DNA of 64,000 nt from Lytechinus pictus (Eukaryota), in assembly GCF_037042905.1 (NCBI RefSeq), contig NC_087251.1, forward strand, positions 49,601,358 through 49,665,357. The letters run 5' to 3'. The position numbers and the translations under genes are program-made. This document shows positions 9,843 to 24,800 of the stretch, piece by piece. How positions within the stretch are numbered: the stretch's first letter is position 1; each line of letters begins with the position of its first letter. The notes under the pieces were generated by a model. The model made no database searches. It was not told the origin of the DNA and was given only the letters and a program-made list of their open reading frames with translations.

Positions 9843-12800
9843 CTATATGTAGCTCGACAATGGATGCAATGTAGGGCCAATCAATTGAACATCCTATAAT
9901 GCCAAATTGTAGATATGCATAGTGTGCATATCTGGATGCAAGTACTGCCCACAATTATAAATACAAGATTCACACGAGTTAAATGAGATAACAATAAAAA
10001 GAAATGAGAATTAACATACAAGCGTACTATACATTCACATCTTCCTATGACAAGGGGTGTAAGAGAGAGATAGGGAGAGAGGGGGGTTAGATGGCTTGTA
10101 TTCTAAAGGAATGGGGACTAGTCTGGCTAGAAATAAGTAAAAGTTAGAACAAGATAGCAGTAGCACTCATTCTCAGCCACCCCCCCCCCCCAGACATACT
10201 TACCATGCTTTTCTCCCCCTCCCCCCCCTCCCTCTTGAATCCACCACTATTCAGTCAAATTCTAAAGTTCTCTGTTCTCCATCCCTTTCCCATGAACCAA
10301 TTTCACAATTGCAATTGATCAAAGCCTATCTTATGTTTAGTATCCTGTAATGGGTGCTTTACACAAATACAGCCGTGCTTGTTGGTATACAAAAGCACAC
10401 GAAAACATGCAACGCAGAGGTAACATTAGCCTACACAGCCTAGCCTAGCCTCGCTATACAAACACACATGATCTACTAATCACAATTTGTTACCTGATAT
10501 ACCCCCTCTGTAGCCTTGAACATAACCATCAAGTTCATTTTTTGGACCTCTTGATGGCTGAAACATGCATACTAGTGAAAATAATTTGCTACTGAAGAGT
10601 TTGGGCTGGTGTTTCATCCACTAGGGAATTCCCCTTGCAATATAGGCCTAGTCTTGGTTGTATTATATGGCACATGAAGGTTTCTTTTTTTATTTAATTT
10701 CCTGGCTTTTCTTTAACATCTGTACACTCACTTTATCACAAAGAAATGCATGAAATATACAGATGTGTTATGTAATGACCAATTTTAATGTTACTCCTAT
10801 AGTCTAGTGCCCTATGGATTTACACACATCCTACCTGTCTAGATGGAGCTCGACAATGGATGCAATGTAGGGCCAAACATCCTATAATGCAAAATTGTAG
10901 ATATGCATAGTGTGCATATCTGGATGCAAGTACTGCCCACAATTATAAATACCAGATTCACACGAGTTAAATTTGATAACAATAAAAAGAAATGAGAATT
11001 AACATACAAGCGTACTATACATTCACATCTTCCTATGACAAGGGGTGTAAGAGAGAGATAGGGAGAGAGGGGGGTTAGATGGCTTGTATTCTAAAGGAAT
11101 GGGGACTAGTCTGGCTAGAAATAAGTAAAAGTTAGAACAAGATAGCAGTAGCACTCATTCTCAGCCACCCCCCCCCCCAGACACACTTACAATGCTTTTC
11201 TCCCCCTCCCCCCTCCCTCTTGAATCCACCACTATTCACTCAAATTCTGAAGTTCTCTGTTCTCCATCCCTTTCCCATGAACCAATTTCACAATTGCAAT
11301 TGATCAAAGCCTATCTAATGTTTAGTTTCCTGTAATGGGTGCTATACACGAATACAGCAGTGCTCGTTGGTATACAAAAGCACACGAAAACATGCAACGC
11401 AGAGGTAACATTAGCCTACACAGCCTAGCCTAGCCTCGGTATACAAACACAGATGATCTACTAATCACAATTAGTTACCTGATATACCCCCTCTGTAGCC
11501 TTGAACATAACCATCAAGTTCAGTTTTTGGACCTCTTGATGGCTGAAACATGCATACTAGTGAAAATAATTTGCTACTAAAGAGTTTGGGCTGGTGTTTC
11601 ATCCACTAGGGAATTCCCCTTGTAATAGGCCTAGTCTTGGTTGCATTATATGGCACATGAAGGTTTCTTTTTTTATTTAACTTCCTGGCTTTTCTTTAAC
11701 ATCTGTACACTCACTTTATCACAAAGAAATGCATGAAATATACAGATGTGTTATGTAATGACCAATTTTAATGTTACTCCTATAGTCTAGTGCCCTATGG
11801 ATTTACACACATCCTACCTGTCTAGATGGAGCTCGACAATGGATGCAATGTAGGGCCCAACATCCTATAATGCAAAATTGTAGATATGCATAGTGTGCAT
11901 ATCTGGATGCAAGTACTGCCCACAATTATAAATACAAGATTCACACGAGTTAAATGAGATAACAATAAAAAGAAATGAGAATTAACATACAAGCGTACTA
12001 TACATTCACATCTTCCTATGACAAGGGGTGTAAGAGAGAGATAGGGAGAGAGGGGGGTTAGATGGCTTGTATTCTAAAGGAATGGGGACTAGTCTGGCTA
12101 GAAATAAGTAAAAGTTAGAACAAGATAGCAGTAGCACTCATTCTCAGCAACCCCCCCCCCAGACATACTTACCATGCTTTTCTCCCCCTCCCCCCCCCCC
12201 CCCCCTCCCTCTTGAATCCACCACTATTCAGTCAAATTCTAAAGTTCTCTGTTCTCCATCCCTTTCCCATGAACCAATTTCACAATTGCAATTGATCAAA
12301 GCCTATCTTATGTTTAGTATCCTGTAATGGGTGCTTTACACGAATACAGCAGTGCTCGTTGGTATACAAAAGCACACGAAAACATGCAACGCAGAGGTAA
12401 CATTAGCCTACACAGCCTAGCCTAGCCTCGCTATACAAACACACATGATCTACTAATCACAATTTGTTACCTGATATACCCCCTCTGTAGCCTTGAACAT
12501 AACCATCAAGTTCATTTTTTGGACCTCTTGATGGCTGAAACATGCATACTAGTGAAAATAATTTGCTACTGAAGAGTTTGGGCTGGTGTTTCATCCACTA
12601 GGGAATTCCCCTTGCAATATAGGCCTAGTCTTGGTTGTATTATATGACACATGAAGGTTTCTTTTTTTATTTAACTTCCTGGCTTTTCTTTAACATCTGT
12701 ACACTCACTTTATCACAAAGAAATGCATGAAATATACAGATGTGTTATGTAATGACCAATTTTAATGTTACTCCTATAGTCTAGTGCCCTATGGATTTAC

Positions 12801-15800
12801 ACACATCCTACCTGTCTAGATGGAGCTCGACAATGGATGCAATGTAGGGCCAAACATCCTATAATGCAAAATTGTAGATATGCATAGTGTGCATATCTGG
12901 ATGCAAGTACTGCCCACAATTATAAATACCAGATTCACACGAGTTAAATTTGATAACAATAAAAAGAAATGAGAATTAACATACAAGCGTACTATACATT
13001 CACATCTTCCTATGACAAGGGGTGTAAGAGAGAGATAGGGAGAGAGGGGGGTTAGATGGCTTGTATTCTAAAGGAATGGGGACTAGTCTGGCTAGAAATA
13101 AGTAAAAGTTAGAACAAGATAGCAGTAGCACTCATTCTCAGCCACCCCCCCCCCCCAGACACACTTACAATGCTTTTCTCCCCCTCCCCCCTCCCTCTTG
13201 AATCCACCACTATTCACTCAAATTCTGAAGTTCTCTGTTCTCCATCCCTTTCCCATGAACCAATTTCACAATTGCAATTGATCAAAGCCTATCTTATGTT
13301 TAGTATCCTGTAATGGGTGCTTTACACGAATACAGCAGTGCTCGTTGGTATACAAAAGCACACGAAAACATGCAACGCAGAGGTAACATTAGCCTACACA
13401 GCCTAGCCTAGCCTCGCTATACAAACACACATGATCTACTAATCACAATTTGTTACCTGATATACCCCCTCTGTAGCCTTGAACATAACCATCAAGTTCA
13501 TTTTTTGGACCTCTTGATGGCTGAAACATGCATACTAGTGAAAATAATTTGCTACTGAAGAGTTTGGGCTGGTGTTTCATCCACTAGGGAATTCCCCTTG
13601 CAATATAGGCCTAGTCTTGGTTGTATTATATGGCACATGAAGGTTTCTTTTTTTATTTAACTTCCTGGCTTTTCTTTAACATCTGTACACTCACTTTATC
13701 ACAAAGAAATGCATGAAATATACAGATGTGTTATGTAATGACCAATTTTAATGTTACTCCTATAGTCTAGTGCCCTATGGATTTACACACATCCTACCTG
13801 TCTAGATGGAGCTCGACAATGGATGCAATGTAGGGCCAAACATCCTATAATGCAAAATTGTAGATATGCATAGTGTGCATATCTGGATGCAAGTACTGCC
13901 CACAATTATAAATACCAGATTCACACGAGTTAAATTTGATAACAATAAAAAGAAATGAGAATTAACATACAAGCGTACTATACATTCACATCTTCCTATG
14001 ACAAGGGGTGTAAGAGAGAGATAGGGAGAGAGGGGGGTTAGATGGCTTGTATTCTAAAGGAATGGGGACTAGTCTGGCTAGAAATAAGTAAAAGTTAGAA
14101 CAAGATAGCAGTAGCACTTATTCTCAGCCACCCCCCCCCCCCAGACACACTTACAATGCTTTTCTCCCCCTCCCCCCTCCCTCTTGAATCCACCACTATT
14201 CACTCAAATTCTGAAGTTCTCTGTTCTCCATCCCTTTCCCATGAACCAATTTCACAATTGCAATTGATCAAAGCCTATCTAATGTTTAGTTTCCTGTAAT
14301 GGGTGCTATACACGAATACAGCAGTGCTCGTTGGTATACAAAAGCACACGAAAACATGCAACGCAGAGGTAACATTAGCCTACACAGCCTAGCCTAGCCT
14401 CGGTATACAAACACAGATGATCTACTAATCACAATTAGTTACCTGATATACCCCCTCTGTAGCCTTGAACATAACCATCAAGTTCAGTTTTTGGACCTCT
14501 TGATGGCTGAAACATGAATACTAGTGAAAATAATTTGCTACTAAAGAGTTTGGGCTGGTGTTTCATCCACTAGGGAATTCCCCTTGTAATAGGCCTAGTC
14601 TTGGTTGCATTATATGGCACATGAAGGTTTCTTTTTTTATTTAACTTCCTGGCTTTTCTTTAACATCTGTACACTCACTTTATCACAAAGAAATGCATGA
14701 AATATACAGATGTGTTATGTAATGACCAATTTTAATGTTACTCCTATAGTCTAGTGCCCTATGGATTTACACACATCCTACCTGTCTAGATGGAGCTCGA
14801 CAATGGATGCAATGTAGGGCCCAACATCCTATAATGCAAAATTGTAGATATGCATAGTGTGCATATCTGGATGCAAGTACTGCCCACAATTATAAATACA
14901 AGATTCACACGAGTTAAATGAGATAACAATAAAAAGAAATGAGAATTAACATACAAGCGTACTATACATTCACATCTTCCTATGACAAGGGGTGTAAGAG
15001 AGAGATAGGGAGAGAAGGGGGTAAGATGGCTTGTATTCTAAAGGAATGGGGACTAGTCTGGCTAGAAATAAGTAAAAGTTAGAACAAGATAGCTGTAGCA
15101 CTCATTCTCAGCCACCCCCCCCCCCCCAGACATACTTACCATGCTTTTCTCCCCCTCCCCCTTCCCCCCCTCCCTCTTGAATCCACCACTATTCAGTCAA
15201 ATTCTAAAGTTCTCTGTTCTCCATCCCTTTCCCATGAACCAATTTCACAATTGCAATTGATCAAAGCCTATCTTATGTTTAGTATCCTGTAATGGGTGCT
15301 TTACACGAATACAGCAGTGCTCGTTTGTATACAAAAGCACACGAAAACATGCAACGCAGAGGTAACATTAGCCTACACAGCCTAGCCTAGCCTCGCTATA
15401 CAAACACACATGATCTACTAATCACAATTTGTTACCTGATATACCCCCTCTGTAGCCTTGAACATAACCATCAAGTTCATTTTTTGGACCTCTTGATGGC
15501 TGAAACATGCATACTAGTGAAAATAATTTGCTACTGAAGAGTTTGGGCTGGTGTTTCATCCACTAGGGAATTCCCCTTGCAATATAGGCCTAGTCTTGGT
15601 TGTATTATATGGCACATGAAGGTTTCTTTTTTTATTTAACTTCCTGGCTTTTCTTTAACATCTGTACACTCACTTTATCACAAAGAAATGCATGAAATAT
15701 ACAGATGTGTTATGTAATGACCAATTTTAATGTTACTCCTATAGTCTAGTGCCCTATGGATTTACACACATCCTACCTGTCTAGATGGAGCTCGACAATG

Positions 15801-18800
15801 GATGCAATGTAGGGCCAAACATCCTATAATGCAAAATTGTAGATATGCATAGTGTGCATATCTGGATGCAAGTACTGCCCACAATTATAAATACCAGATT
15901 CACACGAGTTAAATTTGATAAAAATAAAAAGAAATGAGAATTAACATACAAGCGTACTATACATTCACATCTTCCTATGACAAGGGGTGTAAGAGAGAGA
16001 TAGGGAGAGAGGGGGGTTAGATGGCTTGTATTCTAAAGGAATGGGGACTAGTCTGGCTAGAAATAAGTAAAAGTTAGAACAAGATAGCAGTAGCACTCAT
16101 TCTCAGCCACCCCCCCCCCAGACACACTTACCATGCTTTTCTCCCCCTCCCCCCCCCCCCTCCCTCTTGAATCCACCACTATTCAGTCAAATTCTAAAGT
16201 TCTCTGTTCTCCATCCCTTTCCCATGAACCAATTTCACAATTGCAATTGATCAAAGCCTATCTTATGTTTAGTATCCTGTAATGGGTGCTTTACACGAAT
16301 ACAGCAGTGCTCGTTTGTATACAAAAGCACACGAAAACATGCAACGCAGAGGTAACATTAGCCTACACAGCCTAGCCTAGCCTCGCTATACAAACACACA
16401 TGATCTACTAATCACAATTTGTTACCTGATATACCCCCTCTGTAGCCTTGAACATAACCATCAAGTTCATTTTTTGGACCTCTTGATGGCTGAAACATGC
16501 ATACTAGTGAAAATAATTTGCTACTGAAGAGTTTGGGCTGGTGTTTCATCCACTAGGGAATTCCCCTTGCAATATAGAACTAGTCTTGGTTGTATTATAT
16601 GGCACATGAAGGTTTCTTTTTTTATTTAACTTCCTGGCTTTTCTTTAACATCTGTACACTCACTTTATCACAAAGAAATGCATGAAATATACAGATGTGT
16701 TATGTAATGACCAATTTTAATGTTACTCCTATAGTCTAGTGCCCTATGGATTTACACACATCCTACCTGTCTAGATGGAGCTCGACAATGGATGCAATGT
16801 AGGGCCAAACATCCTATAATGCAAAATTGTAGATATGCATAGTGTGCATATCTGGATGCAAGTACTGCCCACAATTATAAATACCAGATTCACACGAGTT
16901 AAATTTGATAACAATAAAAAGAAATGAGAATTAACATACAAGCGTACTATACATTCACATCTTCCTATGACAAGGGGTGTAAGAGAGAGATAGGGAGAGA
17001 GGGGGGTTAGATGGCTTGTATTCTAAAGGAATGGGGACTAGTCTGGCTAGAAATAAGTAAAAGTTAGAACAAGATAGCAGTAGCACTTATTCTCAGCCAC
17101 CCCCCCCCCAGACACACTTACAATGCTTTTCTCCCCCTCCCCCCTCCCTCTTGAATCCACCACTATTCACTCAAATTCTGAAGTTCTCTGTTCTCCATCC
17201 CTTTCCCATGAACCAATTTCACAATTGCAATTGATCAAAGCCTATCTCATGTTTAGTTTCCTGTAATGGGTGCTATACACGAATACAGCAGTGCTCGTTG
17301 GTATACAAAAGCACACGAAAACATGCAACGCAGAGGTAACATTAGCCTACACAGCCTAGCCTAGCCTCGGTATACAAACACAGATGATCTACTAATCACA
17401 ATTAGTTACCTGATATACCCCCTTTGTAGCCTTGAACATAACCATCAAGTTCAGTTTTTGGACCTCTTGATGGCTGAAACATGAATACTAGTGAAAATAA
17501 TTTGCTACTAAAGAGTTTGGGCTGGTGTTTCATCCACTAGGGAATTCCCCTTGTAATAGGCCTAGTCTTGGTTGCATTATATGGCACATGAAGGTTTCTT
17601 TTTTTATTTAACTTCCTGGCTTTTCTTTAACATCTGTACACTCACTTTATCACAAAGAAATGCATGAAATATACAGATGTGTTATGTAATGACCAATTTT
17701 AATGTTACTCCTATAGTCTAGTGCCCTATGGATTTACACACATCCTACCTGTCTAGATGGAGCTCGACAATGGATGCAATGTAGGGCCAAACATCCTATA
17801 ATGCAAAATTGTAGATATGCATAGTGTGCATATCTGGATGCAAGTACTGCCCACAATTATAAATACCAGATTCACACGAGTTAAATTTGATAACAATAAA
17901 AAGAAATGAGAATTAACATACAAGCGTACTATACATTCACATCTTCCTATGACAAGGGGTGTAAGAGAGAGATAGGGAGAGAGGGGGGTTAGATGGCTTG
18001 TATTCTAAAGGAATGGGGACTAGTCTGGCTAGAAATAAGTAAAAGTTAGAACAAGATAGCAGTAGCACTTATTCTCAGCCACCCCCCCCCCAGACACACT
18101 TACAATGCTTTTCTCCCCCTCCCCCCTCCCTCTTGAATCCACCACTATTCACTCAAATTCTGAAGTTCTCTGTTCTCCATCCCTTTCCCATGAACCAATT
18201 TCACAATTGCAATTGATCAAAGCCTATCTCATGTTTAGTTTCCTGTAATGGGTGCTATACACGAATACAGCAGTGCTCGTTGGTATACAAAAGCACACGA
18301 AAACATGCAACGCAGAGGTAACATTAGCCTACACAGCCTAGCCTAGCCTCGGTATACAAACACAGATGATCTACTAATCACAATTAGTTACCTGATATAC
18401 CCCCTTTGTAGCCTTGAACATAACCATCAAGTTCAGTTTTTGGACCTCTTGATGGCTGAAACATGAATACTAGTGAAAATAATTTGCTACTAAAGAGTTT
18501 GGGCTGGTGTTTCATCCACTAGGGAATTCCCCTTGTAATAGGCCTAGTCTTGGTTGCATTATATGGCACATGAAGGTTTCTTTTTTTATTTAACTTCCTG
18601 GCTTTTCTTTAACATCTGTACACTCACTTTATCACAAAGAAATGCATGAAATATACAGATGTGTTATGTAATGACCAATTTTAATGTTACTCCTATAGTC
18701 TAGTGCCCTATGGATTTACACACATCCTACCTGTCTAGATGGAGCTCGACAATGGATGCAATGTAGGGCCCAACATCCTATAATGCAAAATTGTAGATAT

Positions 18801-21800
18801 GCATAGTGTGCATATCTGGATGCAAGTACTGCCCACAATTATAAATACAAGATTCACACGAGTTAAATGAGATAACAATAAAAAGAAATGAGAATTAACA
18901 TACAAGCGTACTATACATTCACATCTTCCTATGACAAGGGGTGTAAGAGAGAGATAGGGAGAGAAGGGGGTTAGATGGCTTGTATTCTAAAGGAATGGGG
19001 ACTAGTCTGGCTAGAAATAAGTAAAAGTTAGAACAAGATAGCAGTAGCACTCATTCTCAGCCACCCCCCCCCAGACATACTTACCATGCTTTTCTCCCCC
19101 TCCCCCCCCCCTCCCTCTTGAATCCACCACTATTCAGTCAAATTCTAAAGTTCTCTGTTCTCCATCCCTTTCCCATGAACCAATTTCACAATTGCAATTG
19201 ATCAAAGCCTATCTTATGTTTAGTATCCTGTAATGGGTGCTTTACACGAATACAGCAGTGCTCGTTTGTATACAAAAGCACACGAAAACATGCAACGCAG
19301 AGGTAACATTAGCCTACACAGCCTAGCCTAGCCTCGCTATACAAACACACATGATCTACTAATCACAATTTGTTACCTGATATACCCCCTCTGTAGCCTT
19401 GAACATAACCATCAAGTTCATTTTTTGGACCTCTTGATGGCTGAAACATGCATACTAGTGAAAATAATTTGCTACTGAAGAGTTTGGGCTGGTGTTTCAT
19501 CCACTAGGGAATTCCCCTTGCAATATAGGCCTAGTCTTGGTTGTATTATATGGCACATGAAGGTTTCTTTTTTTATTTAACTTCCTGGCTTTTCTTTAAC
19601 ATCTGTACACTCACTTTATCACAAAGAAATGCATGAAATATACAGATGTGTTATGTAATGACCAATTTTAATGTTACTCCTATAGTCTAGTGCCCTATGG
19701 ATTTACACACATCCTACCTGTCTAGATGGAGCTCGACAATGGATGCAATGTAGGGCCAAACATCCTATAATGCAAAATTGTAGATATGCATAGTGTGCAT
19801 ATCTGGATGCAAGTACTGCCCACAATTATAAATACCAGATTCACACGAGTTAAATTTGATAACAATAAAAAGAAATGAGAATTAACATACAAGCGTACTA
19901 TACATTCACATCTTCCTATGACAAGGGGTGTAAGAGAGAGATAGGGAGAGAGGGGGGTTAGATGGCTTGTATTCTAAAGGAATGGGGACTAGTCTGGCTA
20001 GAAATAAGTAAAAGTTAGAACAAGATAGCAGTAGCACTTATTCTCAGCCACCCCCCCCCCAGACACACTTACAATGCTTTTCTCCCCCTCCCCCCTCCCT
20101 CTTGAATCCACCACTATTCACTCAAATTCTGAAGTTCTCTGTTCTCCATCCCTTTCCCATGAACAAATTTCACAATTGCAATTGATCAAAGCCTATCTAA
20201 TGTTTAGTTTCCTGTAATGGGTGCTATACACGAATACAGCAGTGCTCGTTGGTATACAAAAGCACACGAAAACATGCAACGCAGAGGTAACATTAGCCTA
20301 CACAGCCTAGCCTAGCCTCGGTATACAAACACAGATGATCTACTAATCACAATTAGTTACCTGATATACCCCCTTTGTAGCCTTGAACATAACCATCAAG
20401 TTCAGTTTTTGGACCTCTTGATGGCTGAAACATGAATACTAGTGAAAATAATTTGCTACTAAAGAGTTTGGGCTGGTGTTTCATCCACTAGGGAATTCCC
20501 CTTGTAATAGGCCTAGTCTTGGTTGCATTATATGGCACATGAAGGTTTCTTTTTTTATTTAACTTCCTGGCTTTTCTTTAACATCTGTACACTCACTTTA
20601 TCACAAAGAAATGCATGAAATATACAGATGTGTTATGTAATGACCAATTTTAATGTTACTCCTATAGTCTAGTGCCCTATGGATTTACACACATCCTACC
20701 TGTCTAGATGGAGCTCGACAATGGATGCAATGTAGGGCCCAACATCCTATAATGCAAAATTGTAGATATGCATAGTGTGCATATCTGGATGCAAGTACTG
20801 CCCACAATTATAAATACAAGATTCACACGAGTTAAATGAGATAACAATAAAAAGAAATGAGAATTAACATACAAGCGTACTATACATTCACATCTTCCTA
20901 TGACAAGGGGTGTAAGAGAGAGATAGGGAGAGAAGGGGGTTAGATGGCTTGTATTCTAAAGGAATGGGGACTAGTCTGGCTAGAAATAAGTAAAAGTTAG
21001 AACAAGATAGCAGTAGCACTCATTCTCAGCCACCCCCCCCCCCCCAGACATACTTACCATGCTTTTCTCCCCCTCCCCCCCCCCTCCCTCTTGAATCCAC
21101 CACTATTCAGTCAAATTCTAAAGTTCTCTGTTCTCCATCCCTTTCCCATGAACCAATTTCACAATTGCAATTGATCAAAGCCTATCTTATGTTTAGTATC
21201 CTGTAATGGGTGCTTTACACGAATACAGCAGTGCTCGTTTGTATACAAAAGCACACGAAAACATGCAACGCAGAGGTAACATTAGCCTACACAGCCTAGC
21301 CTAGCCTCGCTATACAAACACACATGATCTACTAATCACAATTTGTTACCTGATATACCCCCTCTGTAGCCTTGAACATAACCATCAAGTTCATTTTTTG
21401 GACCTCTTGATGGCTGAAACATGCATACTAGTGAAAATAATTTGCTACTGAAGAGTTTGGGCTGGTGTTTCATCCACTAGGGAATTCCCCTTGCAATATA
21501 GGCCTAGTCTTGGTTGTATTATATGGCACATGAAGGTTTCTTTTTTTATTTAACTTCCTGGCTTTTCTTTAACATCTGTACACTCACTTTATCACAAAGA
21601 AATGCATGAAATATACAGATGTGTTATGTAATGACCAATTTTAATGTTACTCCTATAGTCTAGTGCCCTATGGATTTACACACATCCTACCTGTCTAGAT
21701 GGAGCTCGACAATGGATGCAATGTAGGGCCAAACATCCTATAATGCAAAATTGTAGATATGCATAGTGTGCATATCTGGATGCAAGTACTGCCCACAATT

Positions 21801-24800
21801 ATAAATACCAGATTCACACGAGTTAAATTTGATAACAATAAAAAGAAATGAGAATTAACATACAAGCGTACTATACATTCACATCTTCCTATGACAAGGG
21901 GTGTAAGAGAGAGATAGGGAGAGAGGGGGGTTAGATGGCTTGTATTCTAAAGGAATGGGGACTAGTCTGGCTAGAAATAAGTAAAAGTTAGAACAAGATA
22001 GCAGTAGCACTTATTCTCAGCCACCCCCCCCCCCCCAGACACACTTACAATGCTTTTCTCCCCCTCCCCCCTCCCTCTTGAATCCACCACTATTCACTCA
22101 AATTCTGAAGTTCTCTGTTCTCCATCCCTTTCCCATGAACCAATTTCACAATTGCAATTGATCAAAGCCTATCTAATGTTTAGTTTCCTGTAATGGGTGC
22201 TATACACGAATACAGCAGTGCTCGTTGGTATACAAAAGCACACGAAAACATGCAACGCAGAGGTAACATTAGCCTACACAGCCTAGCCTAGCCTCGGTAT
22301 ACAAACACAGATGATCTACTAATCACAATTAGTTACCTGATATACCCCCTCTGTAGCCTTGAACATAACCATCAAGTTCAGTTTTTGGACCTCTTGATGG
22401 CTGAAACATGAATACTAGTGAAAATAATTTGCTACTAAAGAGTTTGGGCTGGTGTTTCATCCACTAGGGAATTCCCCTTGTAATAGGCCTAGTCTTGGTT
22501 GCATTATATGGCACATGAAGGTTTCTTTTTTTATTTAACTTCCTGGCTTTTCTTTAACATCTGTACACTCACTTTATCACAAAGAAATGCATGAAATATA
22601 CAGATGTGTTATGTAATGACCAATTTTAATGTTACTCCTATAGTCTAGTGCCCTATGGATTTACACACATCCTACCTGTCTAGATGGAGCTCGACAATGG
22701 ATGCAATGTAGGGCCCAACATCCTATAATGCAAAATTGTAGATATGCATAGTGTGCATATCTGGATGCAAGTACTGCCCACAATTATAAATACAAGATTC
22801 ACACGAGTTAAATGAGATAACAATAAAAAGAAATGAGAATTAACATACAAGCGTACTATACATTCACATCTTCCTATGACAAGGGGTGTAAGAGAGAGAT
22901 AGGGAGAGAGGGGGGTTAGATGGCTTGTATTCTAAAGGAATGGGGACTAGTCTGGCTAGAAATAAGTAAAAGTTAGAACAAGATAGCAGTAGCACTTATT
23001 CTCAGCCACCCCCCCCCCCCAGACACACTTACAATGCTTTTCTCCCCCTCCCCCCTCCCTCTTGAATCCACCACTATTCACTCAAATTCTGAAGTTCTCT
23101 GTTCTCCATCCCTTTCCCATGAACCAATTTCACAATTGCAATTGATCAAAGCCTATCTAATGTTTAGTTTCCTGTAATGGGTGCTATACACGAATACAGC
23201 AGTGCTCGTTGGTATACAAAAGCACACGAAAACATGCAACGCAGAGGTAACATTAGCCTACACAGCCTAGCCTAGCCTCGGTATACAAACACAGATGATC
23301 TACTAATCACAATTAGTTACCTGATATACCCCCTTTGTAGCCTTGAACATAACCATCAAGTTCAGTTTTTGGACCTCTTGATGGCTGAAACATGAATACT
23401 AGTGAAAATAATTTGCTACTAAAGAGTTTGGGCTGGTGTTTCATCCACTAGGGAATTCCCCTTGTAATAGGCCTAGTCTTGGTTGCATTATATGGCACAT
23501 GAAGGTTTCTTTTTTTATTTAACTTCCTGGCTTTTCTTTAACATCTGTACACTCACTTTATCACAAAGAAATGCATGAAATATACAGATGTGTTATGTAA
23601 TGACCAATTTTAATGTTACTCCTATAGTCTAGTGCCCTATGGATTTACACACATCCTACCTGTCTAGATGGAGCTCGACAATGGATGCAATGTAAGGCCC
23701 AACATCCTATAATGCAAAATTGTAGATATGCATAGTGTGCATATCTGGATGCAAGTACTGCCCACAATTATAAATACAAGATTCACACGAGTTAAATGAG
23801 ATAACAATAAAAAGAAATGAGAATTAACATACAAGCGTACTATACATTCACATCTTCCTATGACAAGGGGTGTAAGAGAGAGATAGGGAGAGAAGGGGGT
23901 TAGATGGCTTGTATTCTAAAGGAATGGGGACTAGTCTGGCTAGAAATAAGTAAAAGTTAGAACAAGATAGCAGTAGCACTCATTCTCAGCCACCCCCCCC
24001 CCAGACATACTTACCATGCTTTTCTCCCCCTCCCCCCCCCCCTCCCTCTTGAATCCACCACTATTCAGTCAAATTCTAAAGTTCTCTGTTCTCCATCCCT
24101 TTCCCATGAACCAATTTCACAATTGCAATTGATCAAAGCCTATCTTATGTTTAGTATCCTGTAATGGGTGCTTTACACGAATACAGCAGTGCTCGTTTGT
24201 ATACAAAAGCACACGAAAACATGCAACGCAGAGGTAACATTAGCCTACACAGCCTAGCCTAGCCTCGCTATACAAACACACATGATCTACTAATCACAAT
24301 TTGTTACCTGATATACCCCCTCTGTAGCCTTGAACATAACCATCAAGTTCATTTTTTGGACCTCTTGATGGCTGAAACATGCATACTAGTGAAAATAATT
24401 TGCTACTGAAGAGTTTGGGCTGGTGTTTCATCCACTAGGGAATTCCCCTTGCAATATAGGCCTAGTCTTGGTTGTATTATATGGCACATGAAGGTTTCTT
24501 TTTTTATTTAACTTCCTGGCTTTTCTTTAACATCTGTACACTCACTTTATCACAAAGAAATGCATGAAATATACAGATGTGTTATGTAATGACCAATTTT
24601 AATGTTACTCCTATAGTCTAGTGCCCTATGGATTTACACACATCCTACCTGTCTAGATGGAGCTCGACAATGGATGCAATGTAGGGCCAAACATCCTATA
24701 ATGCAAAATTGTAGATATGCATAGTGTGCATATCTGGATGCAAGTACTGCCCACAATTATAAATACCAGATTCACACGAGTTAAATTTGATAACAATAAA

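Noticed and set aside
10195..10210. ATACTTACC resembling the U1 snRNA 5' end, or a minus-strand GTAAGT donor
   Set aside because: No U1 body follows, and B monomers lack the match. As a donor, its exon would include length-variable poly-G tracts, so it is not coding.
10494..10881. Alternative spliced frame (PSRGPKNELDGYVQGYRGGISGCWALHCIHCRAPSRQ)
   Set aside because: Open in the consensus but closed by TAA in about nine monomers with the ccttaaacat variant; no recognisable motif.
10899..10921. Short hairpins in each monomer (AGATATGCA..TGCATATCT; CCATCAAG..CTTGATGG)
   Set aside because: Stems of 8-10 bp can occur by chance, and copy number reflects array amplification rather than independent conservation.
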